NCBI GenBank assembly: GCA_027460535.1
Contig: JAPZAR010000006.1
Coordinates: 30,001 to 62,000, forward strand
Direction: 5' to 3'
Source of the DNA: Candidatus Methanoperedens sp.
GTDB taxonomy: Archaea; Halobacteriota; Methanosarcinia; Methanosarcinales; Methanoperedenaceae
Length of the DNA: 32,000 nt
Shown here: in pieces, positions 7,904-16,422 of the stretch
Layout of the letters: every line of letters starts with the position of its first letter
Numbering within the stretch: position 1 is the stretch's first letter
Position numbers and translations under genes: made by a program
Notes under the pieces: generated by a model
What the model saw: the letters and a program-made list of their open reading frames with translations, nothing else
The model's database searches: none
What the model was told of the DNA's origin: nothing

Positions 7904-8986
7904 TCATGGGATGATCTCACACCCGTTATTAAGCCCGGGGTAATCGAAATCCTTCGTTTCTACTATTCCATTTTTGACCAAATCCCGAACTATGGGAAGA
8001 ACAGCATCAAGTTCCCTCACGAGATGTTTCACGGTCGAGCAGATAAGTTCATATCCATTTTTCCGGAGCATATCCTGGGCACGGTTAACAAAAAGGCACC
8101 TTCCTCCGCAGATCATGAATATTTCGCACGATACGCAGGGTTCGCCAACGAGTACTTTATTGCAAAGGGAGACCGGAGTCCCATTAAATATCGATCCTAT
8201 TATCGAAAAATCAAAATCAATGGAGACCGGGCAGGCCGAAATCCTTCCGTCTGGCATTATCGTAAAAAAATCAATACCTGAACCACATCGAAGGGTTGAT
8301 GGGGCACTGCTGAGCATTGAATTCATGATTCCTATGAAGGGAACGATCCCATGAACTTGATGGGTATTTCTCATTTCTTTTACCCACCAATCTACAAGCA
8401 GGGAGATGCCAGCATTATATGATCGTATCCATTCCCCGGGTCCATTATCCCCCTCTTCTCCACTTTCCCAGAACATTTCAAACCCGAGCTGCCAGTGGAT
8501 ATGGTAGAATGCTTTCAATTGCGCAAGGTGCAGCACGTTTTCATAGATATCCGTACCCTGCGGCACTGTCATCCTGGCAACGATGTCGCCCCGGAATCCT
8601 TTTTGCCTTATGATCCTTGCATTATACATTACACGGTCGTAAACACCATCGCCCCTGTTCCCATCCGTCACTTCCCTTGTCCCGTCGATCGATATCAGTA
8701 TCGAATGGATTTTCTCCAGATACTGCGGCTCTACCCCATCAAGAAGCAAGCCATTCGTCTGGATAACATACCTCGCGGGTATTGCATCCATTATCTTTTT
8801 CATCATCTCGATGCGAAGCAGCGGTTCACCGCCATAAAACTCAATAACTGGGACTTTATCAAGGGATATGAATTTTTTGAGGTCTGAAATAGAATACTGT
8901 ATCTCCTTCGGTTCTTCGTCGCTCCCGCCTCCGCAATAATTGCAGTTCAGATTGCAGTTCTTTGTCAGGATAATATGATAATGCAT
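7904..8986 (-). CDS. Radical SAM / SPASM-domain protein (archaeal putative peptide-modifying subfamily)
   Basis: 360 aa. The N-terminal CNLNCNYC (CxxxCxxC) is followed by FYGGEPLL. The C-terminal Cys cluster RCGSG...ACP...CVSCEIFMICGGRC is typical of a SPASM/twitch auxiliary Fe-S domain. Confidence 0.85.
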   Translation of the reverse strand: MHYHIILTKNCNLNCNYCGGGSDEEPKEIQYSISDLKKFISLDKVPVIEFYGGEPLLRIEMMKKIMDAIPARYVIQTNGLLLDGVEPQYLEKIHSILISIDGTREVTDGNRGDGVYDRVMYNARIIRQKGFRGDIVARMTVPQGTDIYENVLHLAQLKAFYHIHWQLGFEMFWESGEEGDNGPGEWIRSYNAGISLLVDWWVKEMRNTHQVHGIVPFIGIMNSMLSSAPSTLRCGSGIDFFTIMPDGRISACPVSIDFDFSIIGSIFNGTPVSLCNKVLVGEPCVSCEIFMICGGRCLFVNRAQDMLRKNGYELICSTVKHLVRELDAVLPIVRDLVKNGIVETKDFDYPGLNNGCEIIP

Positions 8987-9104
8987 GAAGATGTCATCCT
9001 TGGTGGGAATAGCGAGTTAACATATTTAAATAATACGCATATATTAATTATTTATACTGTGTTTTATAAAAAAATTTCGAGATAATGAAAAGATGGCGTT
9101 AGTG

Positions 9105-9362
9105 TTACCCAATCATAAGCATCAGGATTTTGACTACGATCAGTACCCATCCCACAGCCACTACGATCCAGACCGCTTTCTTTGCCACTTCCGCTATTCC
9201 AAGGAAGATGGTCAGAATCACGAGTATTCCTATGGCATCGACCATATTAGTGGGAATTGTGACTCCGGAAATCGACTGTATCAGGCTCACTATCTTTTCA
9301 CCCATCCAGTGCCCTATGGAGTAAATAAAGGTCAGGGCATTGCTTACTAAAGTTTCTGCCAT
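9105..9362 (-). CDS. Small hypothetical membrane protein (85 aa, two C-terminal TM helices)
   Basis: AIGILVILTIFLGIAEV and VWIVVAVGWVLIVVKILMLMIG are TM-like. The opposite-strand ORF (9093-9350) is His/Asp/Tyr-rich and looks like an antisense shadow. No family recognised. Confidence 0.45.
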   Translation of the reverse strand: MAETLVSNALTFIYSIGHWMGEKIVSLIQSISGVTIPTNMVDAIGILVILTIFLGIAEVAKKAVWIVVAVGWVLIVVKILMLMIG

Positions 9363-9521
9363 AATTCACACTTTAATCGCTTGCATTTAATAAGAACTTT
9401 TATACTATTTAATACTGTTATCCTTTTCGGCATCTTTGGATGAAAATCAAGTTTGTTGGATATGAATTCTTAAATGGATTTTTTGTTTTCTTCTCTTCCA
9501 ACTTAGAAGATTTGATACCCA

Positions 9522-9881
9522 TTATCTATCTTCATAATGAAATTCCATAAAAGCCGCCAACTTCAATTTTAAATTATCCTCATAGCGGTCATCTATTCCC
9601 CGGTGACTGATATTTGCAGGATCTCCCGAAGGTTTTTTATGCATATAGACAGGTCTGCCTTCGAAATCAATCCTGAAAATCCTGTGATATGGAATATACA
9701 CATCTTGCTCTTTGCCCTCAAGGATAAGGAATGCTCTATCTATTTTCTTGATAGTACCACCATCAACGATTTTTGTATCCTCAGGTGCTCCCCTGTGGAT
9801 ATAATAGACTTTACATTTGTTCAGGTCAAATCTCCATTTGATCTCATTGAGTATGGGCCTTGGATGTTTTGATTTGAACAT
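9522..9881 (-). CDS. DUF504 / UPF0248 family protein (RNA-end-recognition-type domain) with C-terminal extension
   Basis: 119 aa. LNEIKWRFDL...VYYIHRGAPEDTKIVDGGTIKKIDRAFLILEGK...IPYHRIFRI matches the UPF0248 pattern as I recall it. The last 40 aa or so lie beyond the usual domain length. Confidence 0.7.
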   Translation of the reverse strand: MFKSKHPRPILNEIKWRFDLNKCKVYYIHRGAPEDTKIVDGGTIKKIDRAFLILEGKEQDVYIPYHRIFRIDFEGRPVYMHKKPSGDPANISHRGIDDRYEDNLKLKLAAFMEFHYEDR

Positions 9882-10071
9882 ACGATACAGTCTTGCTGCA
9901 GGTATTCATAAGGATGTTCGGGTTCTAACGCAAATTGGTAACCGTAATAGCACAGACCGCCATTATCGGAAACTGTTAAAGGCTCTTATTTCAGTTCATC
10001 ATAACGAAAGCTTAATATAAAAGTGATTCTTAGGAGAACGAAAGCCGATCAGGCAAAAGTAGGAGGATAAA

Positions 10072-10902
10072 ATGACAGAAGGTTTGCCGATATTTGGTAA
10101 GGAAGTATTTGATACGCTCTTTGTAGATTACAGGATAATGGTTTCAGTATCGATTATCTCTATAATCATATTCCTTGTGGGAATATACCTGCAATTAGCA
10201 AAATGGGGACAAGGCATCCCGGAAGGAGCCACAAAACCCCTTGGTGCATGGGGCACGCTCAAAATGATAGTCCACAAAATATTCGAAAAAGGGATTGGAC
10301 CGGCGCTTGGAATAATAATCCTGGATGGTTTATTCCAGCGAAGGACATGGAGGCGGAGAAAGACCGAGTGGCTGATGCACATACTTATTTTCTGGGGATA
10401 TTTTGGATTGTTCATCCTTACTGCGACCGCTGCAGCAGCTGAATTTTATGGACCGTTCATCTTGAATGAACCTACTGGTAAACCGGAATTTTTCATCAAT
10501 ACATTCCAGGCGCTTAAATTACCGAACCTTATTTTTGCGGCAATGCTTACTATTGGGATAATAATAGCTATAGTGAGAAGACTTGCTTTCGCGGATGTCC
10601 CGCCAGCAAGGTTCACCAGCGTTGACTGGATATCCATAACAGGATTGGCTATTGTTATAATTTCTGGCTTCCTTGCCTTCTATCTCAGGATAGATGTTTA
10701 TCATGTGGCAGGGCGTATGCTTGTAAGTCAGTACGGGGTGGCTGTCCCTGCATTTTTCAACAACCCGACTGTGCTTTTCCATGAAGTGTTCACCTTGCTG
10801 TTCTGTGTTGCTTATCTGCCCTTCAGCAAGCTATTCCACATGTTCGTGACCCCGCTTGTAATAATGATCAACAAAGGCGGCTATGTGGAGGTAAACGCAT
10901 AG
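10072..10902 (+). CDS. hdrE: Heterodisulfide reductase subunit E (membrane b-type cytochrome, NarI-like)
   Basis: 276 aa and polytopic. ILDGLFQRRTWRR..WLMHILIFWGYFGLF, IIIAIVRRLAF and LFHEVFTLLFCVAYLPFSKLFHMF resemble Methanosarcina HdrE. AGGAGGA SD. It lies directly upstream of hdrD. Confidence 0.8.
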   Translation: MTEGLPIFGKEVFDTLFVDYRIMVSVSIISIIIFLVGIYLQLAKWGQGIPEGATKPLGAWGTLKMIVHKIFEKGIGPALGIIILDGLFQRRTWRRRKTEWLMHILIFWGYFGLFILTATAAAAEFYGPFILNEPTGKPEFFINTFQALKLPNLIFAAMLTIGIIIAIVRRLAFADVPPARFTSVDWISITGLAIVIISGFLAFYLRIDVYHVAGRMLVSQYGVAVPAFFNNPTVLFHEVFTLLFCVAYLPFSKLFHMFVTPLVIMINKGGYVEVNA

Positions 10903-10965
10903 GAGACCTGAATGTTAGTCGCTCTACGAACAATATTTATAGTATATGATAAATAGGTGATAAAT

Positions 10966-12342
10966 ATGGCAAAAAATAAACCCGCTATTACACTCGAAAA
11001 TTTCACACCCACGCAACTGATGGAGTATGATGCCTGCACCAGATGCGGTGAATGTGTCAAATACTGTCCTACATACAACGCGAGGAATAAAGACCAGAAT
11101 ATAGAGCCGAGAGACAAGATCCTCCGATGGAGAGAATTTGTCACCAAGAGCTACGGATGGAAGGCGAAGCTCTTCGGACCAGAAGCGATCCCTCAAGAAG
11201 AAATCAAGAAATATACGGATGACCTTTACAACTGTACCACATGCGGCATGTGTGGAACAGTTTGCTGCGCCGGCATTGACACAATAGAACTCTGGGAAGC
11301 CAACCGCGCGAACCTTGTAAAGTTCGGAACAGGGCCTTACGGTAAACAGAGCCTTTTCCCAAAACTAATTGGAGAAGGGCATAACCCTTACCTCAAACAG
11401 CAAAAAGACCGCCTTGCCTGGATGACCCCTGACATCAAGATAGCCGAAAAATCAGATATCGCATATTTCATTGGCTGTACCGCAGGGTACAACCAGCAGG
11501 TACTTGGAGTCAGCACGGCAAGGATTTTGAACAAGCTGAATGTTCCTTTCATGGTACTTGGAGAGGATGAATGGTGCTGCGCGTCAGCGCTCATAAGAAC
11601 CGGACAGCAACATCTCGGCGACGTCCCGAAGCAGGCTGCCCTGCATAATGTCGAGGCACTTAAAGCAAGAGGTGCAAAGAGAGTAATATTCGCATGTGCG
11701 GGATGCTTCAGGGCTGCGAAGATCGACTGGCCCAAAGCTTACGGGAAAGCGCTTCCCTTCGAGGCGATCCACATGTCCCAGTTCCTTGCTGAGCAGCTTG
11801 ATGCCGGGAAGATAAAATGGGAAAAGAGCCTGAACAAGACGGTCACCTATCATGACCCATGCCACCTGGGAAGACATGTGGGTGTATTTGAAGAGCCTCG
11901 AAAGGTCTTAAAGAGCATGCCTGGCATCAAGGTTGTTGAGATGGAAAGGAACCGCAATGAGCAGCGGTGCTGTGGTGCAGGCGGAGGAGTGAAAGCTGGT
12001 ATTCCCGACCTTGCCCTGGCAGTTGCCAAAGACCGCATGAACGATGCCAAGGCAACAGGCGCGGAAGCGTTGATCAGCACATGTCCCTTCTGCAGGCGCA
12101 ACCTGCTGGACGGCCGGGATGACCTCAAGATGGATATGAGTGTGGACGACCTTGTGGTTCTCACGGCAAATCTTATGGGACTGAGCACGGATGTCAAACC
12201 TCCGGCTCCAGGTGCACCAAAAGAATCTATCAGCGACCTGTTCAGGACGCAGACCATACCACCCAAGCCGCCGGCGGAACCGAAGAAGGAAGAACCCAAG
12301 GCTGCCCCTAAGGAAGCGCCAAAGGAAGCTCCAAAGAAGTAG
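10966..12342 (+). CDS. hdrD: Heterodisulfide reductase subunit D (2x[4Fe-4S] plus two CCG domains) with a Pro/Lys/Glu/Ala-rich tail
   Basis: Ferredoxin motifs [12 protein letters not shown] and [14 protein letters not shown]-domain cysteines at EWCCASA...CAGC and QRCCGAGGG...CPFC. I prefer the ATG at 10966 (AGGTGA SD 5 nt upstream) over the GTG at 10957. Confidence 0.85.
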   Translation: MAKNKPAITLENFTPTQLMEYDACTRCGECVKYCPTYNARNKDQNIEPRDKILRWREFVTKSYGWKAKLFGPEAIPQEEIKKYTDDLYNCTTCGMCGTVCCAGIDTIELWEANRANLVKFGTGPYGKQSLFPKLIGEGHNPYLKQQKDRLAWMTPDIKIAEKSDIAYFIGCTAGYNQQVLGVSTARILNKLNVPFMVLGEDEWCCASALIRTGQQHLGDVPKQAALHNVEALKARGAKRVIFACAGCFRAAKIDWPKAYGKALPFEAIHMSQFLAEQLDAGKIKWEKSLNKTVTYHDPCHLGRHVGVFEEPRKVLKSMPGIKVVEMERNRNEQRCCGAGGGVKAGIPDLALAVAKDRMNDAKATGAEALISTCPFCRRNLLDGRDDLKMDMSVDDLVVLTANLMGLSTDVKPPAPGAPKESISDLFRTQTIPPKPPAEPKKEEPKAAPKEAPKEAPKK

Positions 12343-12368
12343 GCATCTGCCTACTTTTAACCTTTTTT
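12339..12368 (+). terminator. Hairpin plus oligo-T terminator after hdrD
   Basis: GTAGGCA-TC-TGCCTAC inverted repeat spanning the stop codon, followed by TTTT and TTTTTT runs. Confidence 0.5.
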
Positions 12369-12484
12369 CATGCATCTTTTGAACACTTAGATAATTCTAA
12401 TTATTTTCTCAGGCCTCCACATCTCAGGAATTACACGGCAAAATTAAATAGCTGTGAATATCATATTTCAATGAGGTGAGTGGA

Positions 12485-13831
12485 ATGTTCCTTGAGAGAA
12501 TTATTTCTGATGGCCTTACCCATTATTCCTATATTGCAGGTGATAACGGCGAGGCATTCATCATTGACCCCAGGAGGGATATAGATCCGTATATCAAAAT
12601 TGCCGAAGCTAATTGTTGCCAAATAAAATTTGTTTTTGAAACACACCGCAATGAAGATTATCTTATCGGCTCTCTGGAACTTGAGAAAGAGACAGGTTGC
12701 CGGATAATTCACAGCGACCGTCTTGATTTCGGGTACGGCGAGCCGGTGACAGGTGGAGATACGTTCGATATCGGCGGCATGAATTTAAACATTATTGAGA
12801 CACCCGGCCATTCTCCCGAAAGTTTGAGTTTTGTGCTCTATCTTTCACAAAATGAACCATGGGCTGTCTTTACAGGAGACGCCCTCTTTTACGGCAATGT
12901 CGGGCGGACAGATCTGCTCGGAAGGGAAAAAACATCCGAATGTGCATCTCTTCTTTTCGACTCCCTGCATGGCAAGTTCCTCACCCTGGGAGATGGGGTC
13001 ATTATATATCCGGCGCATGGCTCGGGCTCAGCATGCGGTGGGAGCATGTCCGATGTACCGGTAAGCACGATAGGATGTGAGCGGACTTCTAATCCGCTGC
13101 TCAGGATGGGGCGGGATGAGTTCATCGGAGTAAAAAAGAATGAGATCATCCCGCTGCCGCCGTATTTTGCACTGATGGCCGAACAGAACCTGTATGGTCC
13201 GAAGCTTCTTGAGCTGCGGAAAATAAAGCCAGTAGACGTTTCCATGTTTGTGGAGGCAATGCCTGAATGTTCTGTTATCGATACGCGCTCCCCTCTTGCC
13301 TTTGCGGGCGGGCATGTAAGGGGCTCTTACAACATCTGGCTCTATGGGCTGGCCACGTTCCCGGGCTGGATTCTTGATTATGACAAGGATGTTTTGCTCG
13401 TGACCGAGAGACCAGAGGATGTGGAACTTGCCAGATTGTACCTTGCCAGGATAGGCTTTGACAGACTGAGGGGTCATCTCTGTGAAGGCATTTGGGGCTG
13501 GTACAGCCGCGGGATGCCGCTTGAGCGAAGCGGCGTATTGACCGCAAGTGGGCTTCGTGAGAATGAAGAAGATATGCTGGTGCTGGACGTGCGTGATAGC
13601 GAAGAATATGCAGAAGGGCACATCCCGGGGGCATTGAATATCTATGTCGGAGAGCTCGAAAAAAAGATTGCTGAGATTCCCCCGGGCCGTCCCGTGGTCG
13701 CCGTTTGCGGTTCGGGAAACAGGGCAGGGCTTGGCGCAAGCATTCTGAAGCGGCAGGGGATTGAGAAGGTGTATAATCTGATAGGGGGCATGACAGCATG
13801 GAAGGAAAAAGGGTATCCGACAGAGCGCTAG
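12485..13831 (+). CDS. MBL-fold metallo-hydrolase fused to two rhodanese domains (persulfide dioxygenase/sulfurtransferase-like architecture)
   Basis: MBL motifs TPGHSPES, GDALFYGNVGRTDL and YPAHGSG are present. The first motif reads THRNEDY. The first rhodanese lacks an active-site Cys (LLVTERPED). The second carries VAVCGSGNRAG. The ATG at 12485 follows a GAGGTGA SD; the ORF track begins at the GTG at 12476. Confidence 0.85.
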   Translation: MFLERIISDGLTHYSYIAGDNGEAFIIDPRRDIDPYIKIAEANCCQIKFVFETHRNEDYLIGSLELEKETGCRIIHSDRLDFGYGEPVTGGDTFDIGGMNLNIIETPGHSPESLSFVLYLSQNEPWAVFTGDALFYGNVGRTDLLGREKTSECASLLFDSLHGKFLTLGDGVIIYPAHGSGSACGGSMSDVPVSTIGCERTSNPLLRMGRDEFIGVKKNEIIPLPPYFALMAEQNLYGPKLLELRKIKPVDVSMFVEAMPECSVIDTRSPLAFAGGHVRGSYNIWLYGLATFPGWILDYDKDVLLVTERPEDVELARLYLARIGFDRLRGHLCEGIWGWYSRGMPLERSGVLTASGLRENEEDMLVLDVRDSEEYAEGHIPGALNIYVGELEKKIAEIPPGRPVVAVCGSGNRAGLGASILKRQGIEKVYNLIGGMTAWKEKGYPTER

Positions 13832-13959
13832 AACAACGTAACTGATCGATGCAGGATATGCTTAGTTGTTCTGAATAGCGTGCAGATAAGCCGCAGATAT
13901 GGGCGGAATCACGGGCCTCCCCAGGCGGGACTCGGAGAGCTTATCTGCGGTTTAATAAT

Positions 13960-14015
13960 CGTGAAAATTCATTTACAGTGAAAATCTCAAAGAATTTCAC
14001 GCAAATTATTTATAG
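13960..14015 (+). promoter_or_regulatory. Thermosome promoter region: three GTGAAA(A)T motifs abutting a TATA box
   Basis: cGTGAAAATtc at 13960-13970 and aGTGAAAATct at 13978-13988 are direct copies. GAATTTCACg at 13992-14001 is inverted. ATTTATAG at 14008-14015 lies about 47 nt before the ATG at 14062, with a GGAGGTAA SD at 14049-14056. Confidence 0.45.
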
Positions 14016-14061
14016 AACCACAAACACTTAGAATCATCTTTACGTTCGGAGGTAATCGATT

Positions 14062-15705
14062 ATGTCAGGACAATTATCAGGCCAGCCTATTATTATATTG
14101 GACAGGGAAAAAACACGGACCCAGGGGAAAGAAGCTCTCGGGTTCAACATCACAGCCGCAAAGGCGATATCGGATGCGGTCAGGACTACACTTGGCCCTA
14201 AAGGCATGGACAAGATGCTTGTAAACCCTGTGGGGGATATGGTAATAACCAACGATGGGGCGACCATCCTGCGGGAGATGGACATAAAACACCCTGCGGC
14301 CAAAATGATGGTAGAGATCGCACGGACACAGGAAGACAAAGCGGGCGATGGCACGACGAGCGCGGTGGTTCTTGCTGGAGAACTCCTCAACAAGGCAAGA
14401 ACACTGACCGAACAGAATGTCCATCCCACAACAATCACGAGGGGTTACAGCCTTGCTTCAATCAAGGCGCTCGAGATCCTGGATGAAATGGCAATTGACG
14501 CTACGGACGAGGTACTTGAAAATATAGCAAGAACGGCGCTCACAGGAAAAAGCGCAGACCTCGCACTGGAACCGCTGGTCCAGTTATGCGTGAAAGTTGC
14601 CCAGTCGATCAAAGAGAGCGGGAAGGTCAACGTAAAGGAAAACATTAATATCATACGCCAGCGCGGCGGCACCATAAAGGATACCAAATTTATCCACGGG
14701 CTTGTGATCGACAAGGCGAGGGCGCACAAGAACATGCCCAAGAGAGTCGAGAATGCAAAGATCGCGATACTTGACACGGGCATCGAGGTTGAAAAAACAA
14801 AAGCGACATCAAAAATCCAGATTTCCTCGCCAGAGATGATATCTGAGGCAAGACTGGAGGAGAGCAAGCTTGTAGAGGAAAAAGTCGAAATGCTTGCTAG
14901 AAGTGGCGCCAATGTAGTTTTCACAGAAAAAGGCATAGATGATATCGGCATGCACTACCTTATTAAGAAAGGTATTTTCGCAGTCCGAAGATGCAAGGAC
15001 GAGGAGATCAAGAAACTCGTGAAAGCAACGGGAGCGCGCGTGGTCTCAAAGGTTGACGGGGTCGAAGAGGAAGACCTCGGCCGGGCAGATGTAGTAGAGG
15101 AACGCGGCGTTGGCAATTACAGAATGGTCCATGTCGAAGGATGCGCGAATCCCAAAGCAGTATCCATCCTTATTTTCAGCGGGGCCGAACATGTTGCTGA
15201 AGAAGTTGAGCGTGCGCTGGATGACGCACTGCGCGTTGTGGGCGATGTGATAGAGGACGGAAAGATCGTTGCAGGGGGCGGCTCGCCAGAAATGGAGCTT
15301 GCGATGAAGCTTCGCGACTATGCGACCACACTTTCCAGCAGGGAGCAGCTTGCAGTTTTAATGTATGCGGATGCCCTGGAGGAAATACCAAAGGGCATTG
15401 CAGAAAACGCTGGTCTTGATGCGATCAACATCCTGGCGGATTTAAGGAACTTGCACAGTGAAGGCAAGAGAACTGCTGGCCTGAATGTGTTCACCGGACA
15501 AGCAGATGATATGCTTGAGTTAGGGATCATCGAACCTCTGCGTGTAAAGACGCAGATAATAAAGTCCGCCACCGATGCAGCCAACATGATACTTCGCATT
15601 GATGATATCCTGATGGCAAAAGAAACAGGCATGATGGATGTCAAGCCCGAGCATACTGCGGATTATTACGATGGGATACAGGCCCCGAGTATTGAAGAAG
15701 ACTGA
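14062..15705 (+). CDS. ths: Thermosome subunit (group II chaperonin)
   Basis: 547 aa. Contains [65 protein letters not shown] and [12 protein letters not shown], the canonical thermosome/CCT motifs. Confidence 0.95.
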   Translation: MSGQLSGQPIIILDREKTRTQGKEALGFNITAAKAISDAVRTTLGPKGMDKMLVNPVGDMVITNDGATILREMDIKHPAAKMMVEIARTQEDKAGDGTTSAVVLAGELLNKARTLTEQNVHPTTITRGYSLASIKALEILDEMAIDATDEVLENIARTALTGKSADLALEPLVQLCVKVAQSIKESGKVNVKENINIIRQRGGTIKDTKFIHGLVIDKARAHKNMPKRVENAKIAILDTGIEVEKTKATSKIQISSPEMISEARLEESKLVEEKVEMLARSGANVVFTEKGIDDIGMHYLIKKGIFAVRRCKDEEIKKLVKATGARVVSKVDGVEEEDLGRADVVEERGVGNYRMVHVEGCANPKAVSILIFSGAEHVAEEVERALDDALRVVGDVIEDGKIVAGGGSPEMELAMKLRDYATTLSSREQLAVLMYADALEEIPKGIAENAGLDAINILADLRNLHSEGKRTAGLNVFTGQADDMLELGIIEPLRVKTQIIKSATDAANMILRIDDILMAKETGMMDVKPEHTADYYDGIQAPSIEED

Positions 15706-15828
15706 TCTTCAAGAAGAATAATTAATATAAGAAGAGGCATCATATTAATTCGACCTGTGGTATCGGTGTAAATGAGAGGTTGTATGTTAATAATATCTGG
15801 CGATTTATTTTTTTGATTTCGAATTGCC

Positions 15829-16422
15829 ATGGAGTTGTGGATATTGAATAAGGAAGGCAAGAAAGAGAAGGAAACGCAAGAAGAGGAAAAAGAGGCCAAG
15901 ATTGAAGAAATCGAAGTCCCGGAGACCCTGGAAGAAAAACTCATAAAAGAATTAGAGACAACCAAAAAACAGCTTGAAGAAGAAAAAGATAGATGCCTCC
16001 GTCTTAACGCTGAGTTTGATAATTTAAGGAAAAGAACTCAAAAAGAGAAGGAAGAGTTCATAAAGTATGCAAACGAGAAGCTAATATTGGAGCTGATAGA
16101 TGTAATGGAAGCTCTTGAACGGGGGTTGGAGAATGCAAAGAAATCCAAAAATAGGGATAAACTAATTGAAGGTATGGAACTGATTTACAAGCAATTCAAA
16201 AACATTCTTGAAAAAAATGGTCTCTCCCCGATCAAAGCTATAGGGGAAAAATTCGACCACGATAAACATGAAGCCATGATGCAGACTCCCACGGATGAAT
16301 GTGAGGAAGGTATGGTCCTCGAAGAGTTTGCACGGGGCTATATGCTGAATAACAAGGTCATTCGTTATTCTAAAGTAAGGGTATCGAAGAAGAAAGAATC
16401 TGAAGTTAGTGAGGTGAGTTAA
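15829..16422 (+). CDS. grpE: Nucleotide exchange factor GrpE
   Basis: 197 aa. Acidic coiled-coil N-terminus, then RLNAEFDNLRKRTQKE, FDHDKHEAM and RGYMLNNKVIRYSKVRV, which are GrpE signatures. The stop abuts the dnaK ATG. The exact start is uncertain. Confidence 0.9.
   Translation: MELWILNKEGKKEKETQEEEKEAKIEEIEVPETLEEKLIKELETTKKQLEEEKDRCLRLNAEFDNLRKRTQKEKEEFIKYANEKLILELIDVMEALERGLENAKKSKNRDKLIEGMELIYKQFKNILEKNGLSPIKAIGEKFDHDKHEAMMQTPTDECEEGMVLEEFARGYMLNNKVIRYSKVRVSKKKESEVSEVS

Noticed and set aside
9093-9350. Plus-strand 85-aa His/Asp/Tyr-rich ORF
   Set aside because: It is the exact antisense of the minus-strand ORF, which encodes clean TM helices. The odd hydrophilic composition is what the reverse complement of a hydrophobic-protein gene yields.
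10899-10911. 13-nt exact repeat ATAGGAGACCTGA after the hdrE stop, also present after the sufB stop (30267-30279), each followed by an ATG
   Set aside because: In a 32-kb window several exact 13-mer coincidences are expected by chance (roughly N squared over 2 times 4^13). The flanks do not extend the match. The ORFs that follow are 14 and 38 codons with no recognisable features.
15720-15750. Inverted repeat AATTAATAT-N13-ATATTAATT between the thermosome gene and grpE
   Set aside because: The arms are pure A/T in an AT-rich spacer, are not repeated elsewhere in the window, and show no relation to the GTGAAAAT motifs. I cannot distinguish this from chance by eye.
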